NCBI GenBank assembly: GCA_964247055.1
Contig: OZ176054.1
Span: 6,820,001 to 6,884,000, forward strand
DNA: 64,000 nucleotides
Source: Paragordius varius
Lineage: Eukaryota; Animalia; Nematomorpha
Reading direction: 5' to 3'
Position numbers and translations under genes: made by a program. Shown here in pieces: positions 1 through 14,267 of the stretch. The notes below the pieces were generated by a model. That model searched no databases and had not been told where the DNA came from. It saw only the letters and a program-made list of their open reading frames with translations. Each line of letters begins with the position of its first letter. Positions within the stretch are counted from its first letter, which is position 1.

Positions 1-981
1 TTTGTAAACGTTTTCGTTCTCACCCTCTACATTTTATCAATCAATTTTAAACGCGACAAAAATATATTTTTGAAGAGAGGGAAAGTAAATTTTTACACCA
101 ATATTAAATAATTTTCGAAATGAAATGGTATATTTTCAATGACTGGGGATGAAAATAATTTTCTATGTTATTAATATTTTTGATTTCACCCAAGGCCAAA
201 CACATTCTCGTTTGGGATTGCCACGTTTTTGGCGGCGAGATTGCGTTTAATCTAATGTGATATATATAATTGGTAATATTCAATTTTGCCGCGATATGGT
301 ATACAGATAACAAGTTATAGGAACTAAATAAACATTTTTGAAATCGATTAAAATGAAGAGATGAGTTCAAAAACGTTTACTGAATTCCTGTCAAAGGTAA
401 TGCAAAGGTCATTCACTGCCGGTTCTCGTCTAACATTGACGAATACATCCGGGTTAAACAATAAACAGTGGAGGTTAAATTCACACGGTCTCCTGATGCC
501 TTAAAAAACAAAGTTTTTGTATTATTAAATTCATCGCCCTATCGCATGAAAAGGCGCGAAAGGGAATCGCAAATCTACACAAGCGTTGGCTCTTAGTAAA
601 TAACAATATCTTAGGTTATCATAATAAATGTATTTTATGTATCCATAAAACTACCGTAATTTGTAGCGGTGTATACTATTGAGAGTACACGATGGTTAAA
701 GAAACTGACTGGTATGTTTTAATTAACAATCGCCCCACGCAAAAATAGATGAGTTGAAAAAAATTGAATTTAACATGACTCGTTTGTAATTTTTACTGTC
801 ATCCAGTGTACCTGGAAAATAGAGGCAACTCTATATATAGCATATAAATGGATGGATGTTTTGTTACAGTCGAGGTCGACATTTTGCCATATTTTATATA
901 AACTTCTCCATAAAGTTTGGTTTTTAGTTTAAGTGAATTATGTTTTGTCAAGAATAAATATCTTTTGTTTATATATATTAG

Positions 982-1193
982 ATATCCAACGTATCATTTT
1001 GCAAACGTTATCGATGATCATGAGATGGGTATAACTCACGTTATACGCGGCAGTGAATGGATAAGCTCAACAACAAAACATTTAATGTTATATGAGGCAT
1101 TTGGTTGGACCAAACCTAAATTTGCTCATTTACCCCTCATATATACTGCCGATGGAGCTAAACTTTCCAAACGAAGGTCCGATCTACAGGTAC

Positions 1194-1230
<37 letters not shown>

Positions 1231-4200
1231 TTTTCTGGTTTTACACCGAAAACTAACTATTTGTACTAATACGCGCGTTTTCGACTAGATTAAATAAATT
1301 GATTTTTAATAATAATTTTGCGTCGCTTATATCAAATTCTACCGTTAATTCAATATTTATATGTTTATCTTTTTGGCCATCGATAGTTATGTTTGTTATA
1401 TATCTTGTTTATTTATTTTATATCATTTAACTGCAGAAAGTTATTTTGAATTAATATTTATCAATGATTTTAATATATATATATATATATATCTAATCTT
1501 TATATGTTTTGTTTTTATAACTGATACTCCAAACATATCTAGTATACTTCATATTCGCTAAATTATTCGGCTTCTTGATGTTGCTTATAGTTGGGATATT
1601 GAGTATAATTAACATTTTTTCTTCCATATTGTCTGGCAAACATTTGTGATAATCTTTAAAAATTTTATATATTAATCAGCTGAGAGATCCTCCTTATTTT
1701 ACACGAACCCACAGATGATCCGTTAATAGTATCTAAACACGTGATCAACTTTATATATTTTATAACTGCCTTGAACATGATACCCCATAAATAACATTAA
1801 AAGAGCAAACAAAAATTAATTTATTTGAGTGGGTAACAACGGGAGTTTATAATGTAAATGATGTGGAAATCGTCCTAAAATAACGGGAAATAAAATATAA
1901 TTTATTGGTTCTCAATTTTTCACCATAGGCATTATCAGGAGATACAGTTAAGAAAGTCTTATATTATAATTATTTACAAAAATTAATATAATTTATCTAC
2001 TGCAGAATATATAAAAGAGTCAAATAAATATTTTTAAATGTAATGTTATTATTAGCTACATTAAGGTGTTAACTAATAAAAGAAAATTATGTCATATTAA
2101 CCAAACCACCATTTTTCTGGCAGATATTAATATTTAAATATCGGACCTTTAGATATCATTTAATTTTGCATTCATCCATGATAAATATATCGATATAGCT
2201 ACTTATTTTTGAATGGACATACACACCTTCAAAAATACAAAACAACATAAATGGTTGGTAAAAAATATGGCAGATGACCGAATCACAAAATATTATACCT
2301 ATAAATGATATTTATGATATATTAATATACTACTTAGTTGATGACAATCAAATTCGTTGAATATTACAAAAAACATATTGTTTTTATATTTTGTTTAATG
2401 ATATTTTAGCTGGAAGAAATGCTTAAAATATATGAACCTATGACCCTATTAAACTTCATAATACTCGGAACGGGTGGTTTTACCAAAGTCAATTTATCCA
2501 CGATAGGGCATTCAGAATCAGAAGAACAACAATCAAATGCTAAAATTAAAAATGCACCCTTAACTATTTACAGAGATTTAAATGAAATGATAGCCAAATT
2601 TCGTGGCCTTAAATACATTCAAAATATCCCTATTCGCCTTAATTTTGAAATTTTAGCCCGTATAAATCAACGTATCCTTACACAAAAAATAAATGAATTG
2701 GATAAAGAAATTACCATACAAACTACTAAAAGTAGAGATAGTCATACTTTAACAAACACGCAGACTCAAGATGAAATTTTTGAAAATAATGAACTTATGC
2801 AAAAGTTTATAAAATTGCTCAATGAAAAGTAAATTTCTTTGCTCGAAAACAAATAAATGATTGTCAAATTTACCAAAATATATAATAAAGATTTAATATG
2901 ATAGTCTTTTAATGGAACTTAAATATAACAAACATTTCATTTAAAACTATATATATATATATATATAATATTAATTTAACATAAATATTTTTTTGTTTCT
3001 TAACTAATCAAATTTTATTGTTTTTAAAGCGTAATGACATTTGATTGCATACAGGAGTATACCCATACCAAAATCAATATATAATCCAAAACAATCTTTT
3101 AGCCCTACAAAAGAACAATCATTTATAGATTACAATTATCTTTACCGCATTTTACATTGGGCGAAATTGCGTATTCATTTACTTCAAGATTTATTGCCAG
3201 ATAGTTGTAACCCTAACATCCATAATAGTCAAAAAAGACCTGTTTCATACAATTTTTTATGGTTTGATGATTTTCGAATATCAGAAGCTGAATATAAAAC
3301 CATTCATCCTAACACAGGTTAAAATATTATTTAAAAACGATTTGGTTCTTCTTTTTAGCGATATATTGAGGGTTGTATTTTTAATTTTTTTATATATTTG
3401 TGTTTACATTTAGTCAAAATAAGGTAAGTATTGTCGCCTTTTAAGGTCCATCTATAAAATTTGGTTTTGATTTTCAAAAATATGTATACCGTTAATTTTG
3501 TTTATAATCGAGAGGAAATACCTCTTTGTTTAAACAATTTGTTGTTATCCTTCAATTATTTATCCAATATTAAATATATTATATCGCTTTATTAAATGGC
3601 TAATAATTTTAATAAAAAATATATAAATCGGATTTTAAATATTTGATTAAAAATTTTAATTTTTGAAATATAAAGATAAAATAATTTATACACAGACATT
3701 ATTAAGTCAAAATGACCCTTTTCAAAAACTCCTATATGTAGTTGGCAGTGTTTTTAAATTCAAAATTACGACTTTTTTGTGATTTTTGTTACAATAACCT
3801 TATTTTTTATATTATAAATAATAAAATCATTTATTATACCCTAATTACAGTAAAAATTACTTTGAATATAATGGAGTCATCAACTTTACCAAACAACAAT
3901 GTATTTGAAAGATCTTTCATTGAATCCTATCTACACAACAATAGTAAAGAATCAATTTTGCAACCCCTAACTTATGAAGCTTTAATGCAACAACTAAGAT
4001 ATCTAATTACAGGAAATACAGTAGATATATATACCCTTAATATTAATTATATATTTAAAGGTATATAGATTAATTGTTTTATTTTATACAATCAAACTAA
4101 TTCATGGGATGAAAAAAATTATTTTTTTTAATTTTTAGAGTGGTTCATTGGTTAGCCGAAAAGCGGTAATAAAAACAATATTTTTTAAAAAAAAACTTGC

Positions 4201-4476
4201 TTAAGTCATCATTAAATATTATAAAGTTTGGTTCTTAAAATTCTAAAATCTCCAATACATTGTATAAAATAATTTTTTTTTAATATTTTCTCATATAATT
4301 GAAGGAAAAATCTAGATAAACTGCTTTCTCTTTATTAATCTATTTCACTAATTATGTATTTCTGCTAGATGGGCCCCTCAATCAAGGAATTGTATGAAGT
4401 TTTGGGACGCCAACGATTTATCCATCGTGTTAAATTATATGAAACGGAATCAAACTATGCTAATATTGCAATATAA
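982..4476 (+). CDS. EARS2: Mitochondrial glutamyl-tRNA synthetase, 3' part (5' exons lie upstream of the window)
   Basis: Predicted exons 982-1189, 2410-2828, 3055-3317, 3851-4020, 4369-4476, all GT-AG and phase-consistent. Motifs [38 protein letters not shown] (KMSKS-type), [16 protein letters not shown] and [22 protein letters not shown] match GluRS. Confidence 0.92.
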
Positions 4477-5868
4477 AATTTTACATTTCATCAAAAACAA
4501 TATTAATAAATGTGCTATCTCCCCTCTTAACAATAATATTTGTTTTAGTGTTTAGTTTTAGATATTTCTTTTATTACACAGTGTGCAAAATTGGGGGTAT
4601 TTTTTCTCAGGATATCATACCTAGCTTGAAATGACCGTTGTGACATTCTCATCTCAAAAATATAAGGATGAATAAAATTGTCTATGTAGAAAATTTTTTT
4701 TCCCATTTTTTTATAATATCCGGAAAACTCAATTTATTTGCATAATACTTGATCTAAAATTATAAAACTTATATATAATACAAATAATATTGATTAATAT
4801 TATTTCCAAATTTTGGCTCAATATGAATGGATTAAAATAAACCTAAATTTAGTAAATCCAACTAAATTTAGCCCTTTATATTAGTAATATAAATAATACT
4901 AGATGAAAATCAATATAATATGCGCCAAAATTAAAGTTCAACTTTATTTGTTAATATTAACATTAAATAAAATTCGCAAAGTTATAAATTTTTGAAATTT
5001 TTTATTCTACTAAAATAAAATTAAATTTTTTTAATATAAATATTCGTATGATCATGTCTAGTGATTAAAAATCTAGTCATGAATGTTTTGCGTAGATTAT
5101 TGAATTGTGGATACTGATATTGGAGTTAGTTGTTTTACACTGATACTGATGGTATATTTTATAATAATTTTAGATATATAAAATCTTGTCTAATTTATAT
5201 TATTAAAATAACATCAAACAATGAAAATCAACAAATATAATTATTCCTCTTCGACAAGGATGTATATGAAATTCCTTCATATATATTGGATAACAAAAAT
5301 AATATAATTTGAAATATTTTTAGGTAAAACAAGAAATTGCAAGTTCTCACGAGAAATATTTTGCTACGTCTTTGGTAATATTTATAAAAAATGCAATTTA
5401 CCAATCAACTCTAATCTAATCCATTGTGAGAATCATATTTTAAAGACAACTTGCTGGTTACAAACAAACATCCATCATAAAAATATATATATTGTTTGAA
5501 GCCCTTTAAATTTTTTGCTGAGCCATTTCTTTAAATACTTATATTTGAATCTATTGAAAGGTGTTGATATTTATCTTATAAACTATTTTGATCAGGTATT
5601 TCATGTGATTAATATTTTGGCAAAATTTTCCGGATATAACCCTATATGGATAAAGTGGAAAAAAATATTTTTTACATCGACAATTTTTTTATCCTATTTT
5701 TGAGATGTATATGTCATAACGGTCATATTAAGCTAGGTGTGATATTTTGAGAAAATTTGTTGCACACTGTATTATAGGATATATAATGACTATATCGGCT
5801 AAGACAGTATATAACTCAACAAAGCAACTCCCTACCTTATCACTCTTATTATGAATAGAAATACGAAA

Positions 5869-7663
5869 TCTACATATTTATAAAAATGGAAAGTGGTGGC
5901 TTTGTGATCTGTTTCCGCAAACCCGGTAGACCCATTCAAATCCAAATATCGAAAAAATATAATCATTAATGGATGCCCCGACTATAGCTTCGCCCTTTTT
6001 TGAATTAGGCTCCCAGTTCGGGCCGGTTTTTTTGAAAACAGAAGTCCACAAAAATCGTGTCTTCGAGACAATTTTCCGGAAAACGTGTTGAACTATTCGA
6101 TTTCAAATATGATTTTTTTAATTATTTTCGATTGCGCCGAACATAGTAGGCTTTTTTTTAATTTGGGCCCTCTTTTTACCCGCTTCCCCCGTAAAATGCC
6201 ATTTTTTCTAAAACAAAGTCCACAAAAATAATTTTTTGAAACTATTTTTCGCCCAAATTATGAGACCGTAAAAATTCAATAAGGATTCCAGGTATTCCCT
6301 GTTAAAAGGCAAAAATTTTAGTCAGGCGTTTCTTTGATGATGGCTGGGGGTGAGGAGATACCCGCTAAAAACTGACCCGTCATACCGAAATAGCTAGCTT
6401 TTGGGGCTAAATTTCAAAAAACCTTTCAGGCCATATGAGTTCAATAACTTCTTAAAATATTACCACAAGGCAAAAATTTAAATCGTGCCGTTTTTTATAG
6501 CCGATAATTAGGCCCTTCATGCCCTGAAAAATGCCCCACCATAGAATAATTTTTAAGTTTAAGGCATTTCCGAAAACTAATGAGAGCATATGGAATCAAT
6601 TATGATTCCAGGTATTCTCCGTAAAAAGGCAAAGATTTTAATCAAGCGCTTTTTTGTATCAGCCTCTGGGTAGGGAGCTACCCGCCTATAACTGCGCCAC
6701 CATAAAATTGCGTTGTTTAGGATAATTTCAAGAAAACTTATCTGGCCATATAAGTTTTATAAGGGCCTGAAATATTACCCGTAAAAAGGCAAAAATTTAA
6801 GTCGAACGAATTTTTTAAATTAGCGGTTAAATAGGCTCTGGGTAGGGGCTTACCCTCGTAAAAATGCTTCACTATATCGATACAGCATGCCTTTGGAGCC
6901 AAATTTCAGAAAACTTATGAGACTATGTGAGTTCAATAAGTATTACCCCCTAACAAATATTTTAGTTTAGGGGGTTATTTGAAGGAGTCGCTAAGAAAAG
7001 TTTTATGCCCTGAAAAATTCGCCGCCATAGAACAATTTTTTTGTTTTGAAGCAATATTTCCAAGAATAGGAACATATGATTATAATTCCAGATATTCCCC
7101 ATATAAAAACAAAAATTTTGCCCGACGCTTCTTTATACCTGCCTCTGGGTAAGAAGCTACCCGCCAAAAACTGTGCCAATATATAGAAATTGCGTTTTTT
7201 GGAACTAATTTAAAACTTATGCCATATGAGCTCATTTAAAGTTCAAAATATTACCCGTAACTAGGTAAAAATTAAGGTCAGGCAACTTTTTTTAGCCGTT
7301 AATTTGCGGCTTTTATGCCCTAAAAATAAGCCATCATATAACGATTATTTAGTGTTGAGGTATTTTTTCGAATAAGCCACGAGACGATGGTCTTAAAGAT
7401 GATTCCAAATATTTTCCCTATAAGGGCAAAAATTTAACTTAGCGCTTTTTTCATATAGCCTTATGGGTAGGGGTCTACCGGTTTAAAACTGAGACGCCAT
7501 ACAAAAATGGCGTTTTTGAGCTGATTTTCAAAAAACTTAAGAAGCCATACGAGTTCAATAAAGGCTTTAAATATTACCCATAAATGGGTAAAAATAATAA
7601 TATAGCGGTCCCCCCCCCCAGTCCGAAGGACTTCCTCGGGCTGCGTAGCAGCACTTACGCTAG
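5869..7663 (+). mobile_element. Non-autonomous Helitron, full-length copy 1
   Basis: 5' A|TC(TACATATTTATAAAAATGG), 3' GCTGC-GTA-GCAGC hairpin followed by CTAG|T, inserted in an AT dinucleotide with no TSD. Homologous to 28342-28917 and 43959-45324. Interior is a degenerate ~160-bp tandem repeat. Confidence 0.85.
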
Positions 7664-8366
7664 TATTAAAATAAAAATGCGTCTGGCTTACATAAATTAC
7701 ACAATTTCATCACCAGATCTGGTCAGGCAAAACATTCCTGCGTCCATCAAGACAATATAAGAACTTATCCTAAAAAAGAGGGAAAAAGAGTTTACCTTTC
7801 CGCTAAATTATTATATATTGTGAATTCGAATATGTAGTCACTAGTTTAAGCAAAATAGCAGGGAATGGGAATGAGGCAATTAGTTTGCAATTATCAAATT
7901 TCAATTAAATAAATAAAAAATAACATCATTAATATGGATTTTAAATAAACCAATTTTGGGGTGATCATATACCATACAACAATTTATGCTTGATATATAT
8001 AGTCCACAAAAATACTCTGATATGTATATATTTTGATAAAATGTATCAGGGTTCATAGTCTTTTATGTTCTGACTTACGAGTCATTTAAGAAAATACATT
8101 GTAGTGGTAATGAATCCATGAAAAGTCGTAAAATATGAAGCACATTATATAAATATTTTTTTTAAAAAAGCTTTAAAATTAAAATTTTTTGTTTGGTAAA
8201 ATATATAATAAATTATAGATTTTAGAGTTAAATTCTAAAACTCTTAAATTTTTGGCCCCTCTGAAACGTACAATAACATTTAAAATATAATAAAACCAAT
8301 CTTTTCATATAAGTTGCTGGCGAAGATATCTATAATCTCAGAATTCATTGACTTTAGAATTCGGTT

Positions 8367-8596
8367 CAGAGGCGTAGCTTGCATTTCTGGAGCCTGGTGC
8401 ATGAATCCATGATGGCGGCCCCCTCCCTTCCATGTTTAAAAAAATCAATTTAACCGTGGTCATGACCCTTATGTATTTAAAATTTAACTTTTAAATACCT
8501 ATTTTTTGCATTTTAAAAATTATAAAATCCGCCCCCCCTTAAACTATGGTACCCGGCGTATCAACACCCCTTTCCTCCCCTCTAGCTACGCCATTG
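8367..8596. mobile_element. hAT-like MITE
   Basis: Imperfect TIRs CAGAGGCGTAGCT ... AGCTACGCCATTG and GC-rich subterminal patches. No 8-bp TSD recognisable. Confidence 0.55.
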
Positions 8597-8625
8597 GATA
8601 CAAAAAAGCAACATTTATAACATCA

Positions 8626-11600
8626 TTATTTAATACAGTAACAATATTTTCGCAATACATCATGTTTGATACAATCAGATTGGTGTCCATAAGTGTTGAT
8701 GCGTTCAATTTCTTTGTCCAATTGGGTGAAGGCGTGTGTCGTTTCATCCCAGCCTAAAGTTGCCTCAAAAAGTGCTTTTCCTGGCATTGTTTTTATAATT
8801 AATCTGAGCCATAAATCGGAAAGTAATGATTTTTTACGTATATTCACCATTTTATCACCACTGGTGATTTTGGTCTTAGTAATCAAATCAATTTTAGTAT
8901 CGTTTGAAATATCTGGTAGTATTTTAGCAGTTTTGGCCAATATATATTAGGATGATATAGTTTTTAACCTTAATTCATGGCATTTATATTTTGTTTCATT
9001 CGTTGATTCCAACATGAAATTCAGAGCTTTAATTACTCGTTGACCACTAACCTGATATATCGTATGATTTATATTTATCCGGCTAGGTACAATATTACAT
9101 GGACAAAATGCAGATCTGATTCCCACATCTTCACACTTGACATTATTAGGAATGAACTTAAACAAACTCTGAGACCGTTTAAAATTGTTATTTTTGCCAC
9201 TGTTTGTCTTGTTGAGGTCAGAAATTTGGCTATTATAAAAAACAAATCGTTCCATTAAATCATGGAGAGTGGCATGTAAATTTAGCGGAGTTACGAGATT
9301 TTTGGTATTCCATCGCAGATTTTTTTCAACGTTTTCATCTTGGAGAGACAGGAAATTCAAGATTGATTTCGGAATAGAGATCTGTAACAAGGGTAATCTA
9401 TCGGCCATCATACCTTTATTGCATACATCAAAATTTATTTTACACCAACAAAAATATGTATTTATTATGAAAAGACACAGCCTAAGATGTAATTTTTTGT
9501 AAAATAGAAATATTTTTTATTCCTGATACTTTCTACATTGGCCATATGATTACGGTTATGAAAATAGAATGTGCTCCACAGTTTTTACATTTAAGTTTTG
9601 AAAGCCAGCATATTAATTTTTATGTTTATACCGTCTAAACCGTTTCTGGATCCGCTATTAATCGAAATAAATTATACTTGCTTTAAAAGGCAAAAAGTGA
9701 GTGCATTTAATTACTTCTAACATTAATTGTTTAAAAAATAATTGCTCTACCGAGCCTTTCACGGCCTAAGTTGATGAATATTTATCTTTTTCTTTTTATG
9801 TTTTGGCTTTATAATTTTAATTTTTACTCTTGACCAAAAAACTTAAACCGTGAGAGGAAAATTGGCATAAGGTTTGGACTAATTAATAAGGTATTTAGAT
9901 TGGATAGTTTTATTTTAGCGGTCTTCGATAAAAAATTGTCTCTGCTAAATCGAAAAAATCGCAAAATACGCCATTAATTAAATAAGTTTAGTTAGAAGTA
10001 ATCTACAAAACAATAGTTTGTTTAATTTAATGTGGCCTCTAATAAGACGATGTAATGGTACGCTCTTTTTTGGATTAACGCAAAAAACTGGGTTAACGCG
10101 ATAAAATTAAACATATGATAATATATGTGGTAAAAATTGGATTTAAAAAAATTTAAATTGATATTTATTATATTTTAAATAAATCTTTTCTTAATCGCTG
10201 AATTATAGCATGATGATTACAATTTTTATGATCGGTAAAAAAATTGCCTTAAGATTTATTTTGATTTAATATATCATACAGCATCTAAATGTTAAGAAAG
10301 CATGTTTAAAATTAATAATGTTTCCTCCAGCTTTTAAAATTATATAATATTAATTTCAAATAAAAATTGGTAAAATACTGTAATATAAACATTTGTTAAA
10401 TTAAATAAAATATTAATATTGGATGAATAATTTTGTTTGCTGTCATATATATTCGAATCACTTACCCGTAAAACTGTTTCTATTTGCCCCGTGTCTTATA
10501 CCATGGTTCCCAAACAAAATTACAATGGTATTTGTAAGATCTCCCCTTTTATGCATACGCGACAGCACATCATGAATTAAGCTTTCTATTTGATCGAATT
10601 CATAGGGGGCATTGTGGGTTAAGCGGCTTGTAAAAACAAATGCAAAATACGGATTTTTTCGTAAAGCGTTTCTTATTCCCGTTAAGGTATATTTAAATAT
10701 GAGCTTGACTTCAGACAAATGTGAAATGCAAGGCATGGAATCTAGAATTTGAGCAAACATTTTATATCGTTTTTCTGGGAATTGAATAAAATTAATTTTA
10801 AGAAAAAATATTTTCAGGGAAATGGGCTATAATTTAAGATTATATTAATTTTTTATTGTATTATATCCCTATAAACTAATGTACCCCGTCTTATCGGAAG
10901 TTTATAAATATAACTTATTGAGAAACTGAGATAGACATTACTGTGATCAAGGAAATAAACGTTAACCACTGAAATAAGGAAACTTGATTACTAGATTTTC
11001 TCAATTTGCGGAGTGCAATGGCCAGTGGTCTAAAGTAGTAATGTATTGGTGCTTTGTAAAATCCATGTTTATGATAAGTGAATGTTCCCAATTCAGAGCT
11101 ATCCTCAATGTACATTGTCAGATATTTTAATTGGGATTCATAATTTTTCCACATAAAGTGTCGTGGATCAAAAAAATTGTCCCTAAAAGCAATATGCTGT
11201 TCCATTGATTCTGATGATATTGGCTTCCCTGTCAACAAGGGATATAAATTGGGAAAAGTGTTATCACCAATTTTAACATAACCATCAAATAAAAAGGTAG
11301 AATGTGTTCGGGAAAATGAGCTATTCCTTGAGAAAAATGTTTGCATTACTTTCATGTGTGATATATAATGTGATTTGGAGAGAGAATCAACACCAAGCAT
11401 TAGTATGTTTGGTGGCTGGATTTTGGAGACGACAGAATCTACCGAAATTAAATTATTGAATGTTCGTTGATTTACAGTAAAAATTGAAATTATACGGACA
11501 AAACGCAAAAATATATCGACAAATATTTTTTTCTAAAAGAGAACCATACTTTTTAAATTTTCATTTTTTTGAATATAACTCTAAATGTTGAGTGAGAAGT

Positions 11601-12913
11601 AGATAATTACAAAAACAATCAATTTGGTTTTTTTCCATCGTTATTGAATAGCTTGTAGAGTAAAATTAAGGTTTGAAAGAGTATGGTTGTCTTTTGGTAA
11701 AAAATATTTGTCTTTATTTAAGTTTTGTCCGTATTATTTCAATATTTACTGTGATATTTTTAAAAATATTTTTCTAATGATATTACCTAATGGTTACAAT
11801 AATAATATATTTGGCGATTAAAAAGGAAAATATAATCCTATCAGATAAATATTTTGTAGTAAAAATTTAAATTGACAAAGTTATTTTTACAAAGGACCGT
11901 TGTACTTTTTTAAGCATAACTTATTATATCAAATTGAAAAGTATGGCAGAGAGATGTAAATTGGTAACACATTCTATAATATATTTTAGAATCGTCAAAT
12001 AATATATATAGGATATATGGAGGTTTAAATAAGTATAGTTGTCTTTTTAAAAAAAATTGATTCCTAGTTTTTTAATTTAGTCTGTATAATTTTAATTTTT
12101 AGAGTAATATATAACCAAATTTTCCAACAAAAACTTACATTACCTTCGGTGATAACTGGTTTTAGAGTACACGGAGCTCTTCGAATAGATATCATTAAAA
12201 TGCACATGCCTGTAAAAAGGGTTAACTGCTTTAAGAGCATTTTCATCCTTAAAACAACGGACTAGTATAAATTCATCCAGGATTTTAATATGTGAATCTA
12301 TTGTCATTGAACCTCTTAAAACAAACCTAATCATTTTATCAGGTTGTTGAGTTGTCATATCTCTTACAAGTTTCCCATATGTGCAAATTGGATTCGACAT
12401 TGAAATATTTGGGGTTATGGGAAAGTTTTTTAAGTAGTATTTCAATTGGTCTTTATTTATCCTCAAAATACCGTTTTTTACATTGGTAAATGGTTTAAGA
12501 TTCATTTTTCCAGCACATTCCGAATACCGTTTTGAACTATTAGGTTTCGGAGCGGGCTCAATTAATTTAGGAATTTTACAGTAGGGAAGATTAATATCAT
12601 ATTTGACAATACCATTACTGTTGTATAACCAACCTTGAGACAGGGGTGTTAATAACTTTATATCCTGCCTAAAATACTTTTTAATAGGCATGTTTTTAAC
12701 AACAATACCATTTTGTAGTTTATTATTTAGGTGTAAAAATATTTTTGGAGTTGATACATTATTGCAAAGTTGTAAGATATATCGATACGTTTGCCATGAA
12801 ACCATATATTTAACTGATAAATATTTGTCTGTGAATATTATCAAAATTAGAATCATAAAAATTAACGTAATCCATATAGATATTATTTGATTTTTTTGGT
12901 GTGTTGAAAACAT
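8626..12913 (-). CDS. DUF229-family (alkaline phosphatase/sulfatase-like) membrane-anchored protein; possibly a pseudogene
   Basis: Predicted exons 12913-12157, 11438-10992, 10741-10466, 9413-8626. N-terminal TM segment and motifs NILMLGVDSLS, GDNTFPNL, IEDS, TIVILFGNHG, DRLPLL, TPLNLHATL, FEAT and RINTYGHQSDC...CYC. In-frame TAA at 8949-8947. Confidence 0.85.
11475..11751. mobile_element. Tc1/mariner-like MITE
   Basis: TA|CAGTAAAAATTGAAATTATACGGACAAAA ... TTTTGTCCGTATTATTTCAATATTTACTG|TG, with imperfect TIRs of about 80 bp. Confidence 0.7.
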
Positions 12914-13741
12914 AATATATTTTAATATGCGTTATCTTTTAAAATAATTTATTTTATACAAATGAAATCCAAAAAAAAGGTATTTAACATTATTAAAAAA
13001 TACAAATAAAAAAAATATTTTAAGGTTCAGTTAGCACATTATTAAATAAATTTAACATCATGACGTTCATAATTTATTATGCTTTATATTTTACAGATTT
13101 TAAATTGACAATTATTTTTATTTTTTTATCGAAATGCCTAACTTTGCAAAGAACAATATTAAATTGGAAAATATATTATAATTGAAATTATAACGACAAA
13201 ACGTAAAAAGTAAAAGACATTTTTTTATAAACACAACCATATTTTTAAAATTTTTTAGTTTAATCTTACCTATCACTTGCCCTACAAAAGGACTAGTGAT
13301 ATAAAATCAATTCCATTAAACTTTTTTAACTTAAACCAAAGCCTAATTTACAAAAAACAGCTTTCACAATACGTTTTATAATACATATTTACACACTTAA
13401 ATTCTATTCAATACTTTTATATATATTGGTGTCAACTCTCCCACTTATTACAGGAATTAATATTTTATGATTGATACCCTAAAAATCGTATAATTTACCA
13501 TTAAAACTTCAATCACGCTTTATTATTTAAAATTTAACCAATAACAATTGAAAATGAACGATTCACATTGCTTTTCACTATTAAATCTCCTCAAAACATT
13601 TGTGGTAAGAAAAATGGTACTAAATAATTAAAACTCAATCCACCATTTTAGACCTTAATTTACTAATTATGTAAATAATTCCACTTAAAAAATTTGAAGG
13701 GCCATCCTAGAAGTTTTGCCTTTTTTATGAGTTTGTTAATA

Positions 13742-14025
13742 CAGTAAAAAAAATTATGCGGTTAAAATGTAAAAATATATAGACAAGTATTTTTTCTAAA
13801 AGACATCCATTCTTTTTAAAACTTGACTTTTTAAATATAGCTCATTGTTTTAAACTTTAAAATTTAAAATAAATGATATATACTGATAACAATCAATCAT
13901 ATCTCTATTGTAACTAAATAGCTTATACGGGAAACATTAAGGATTTAAAAAGTATGGTTGTCTTTTAGAAAAATATATTTGTCTTTATATTATTACATTT
14001 TATCCGCATAATTTCAATTTTTGTT
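13742..14025. mobile_element. Tc1/mariner-like MITE, same family as 11475-11751
   Basis: TA|CAGTAAAAAAAATTATGCGG ... CCGCATAATTTCAATTTTTGTTG. Shares TTTTCTAAAAGA..CCAT and AGTATGGTTGTCTTTT blocks with the first copy. Confidence 0.6.
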
Positions 14026-14267
14026 GGTGTCGAAGAACCAACTATGTCACTCGCGAAAATGCAAATAAAATGGTTTTCAATCTATGAGTTTTACCGAACC
14101 TCCGGTATCAATTATAAAAAATAGATGACAAAATCGTCAGTTTTCTTGATCACGAAGAATCGTTCTGTTTTTAAAAAGCGTTTTTCTAATATGACCAAAT
14201 TAAATTATTGCAAGCTCAAAAGGGTCTCAGCCTTTTTTTCACCTTTATACGCTATAATATCTTTTAA

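Noticed and set aside
190-600. GC-richer stretch with weak resemblance to a gypsy pol fragment (…FTRSPDALKNKV…SPYRM)
   Set aside because: Too short and degenerate to call by eye; needs a profile search.
3208-3217. TAACCCTAAC, resembling a telomerase RNA template
   Set aside because: Lies inside an EARS2 coding exon (Cys-Asn-Pro-Asn); no supporting RNA structure.
8947-8949. Reassigned genetic code (TAA as sense) to explain the DUF229 stop
   Set aside because: EARS2 and RPB8 end in TAA at the expected positions.
12064-12246. Apparent frameshift at the end of DUF229 exon 1 (the strong donors fit only the alternative frame)
   Set aside because: A weaker phase-1 donor (A|GTTATC at 12157) restores the frame, and weak GTT donors are common in this window.
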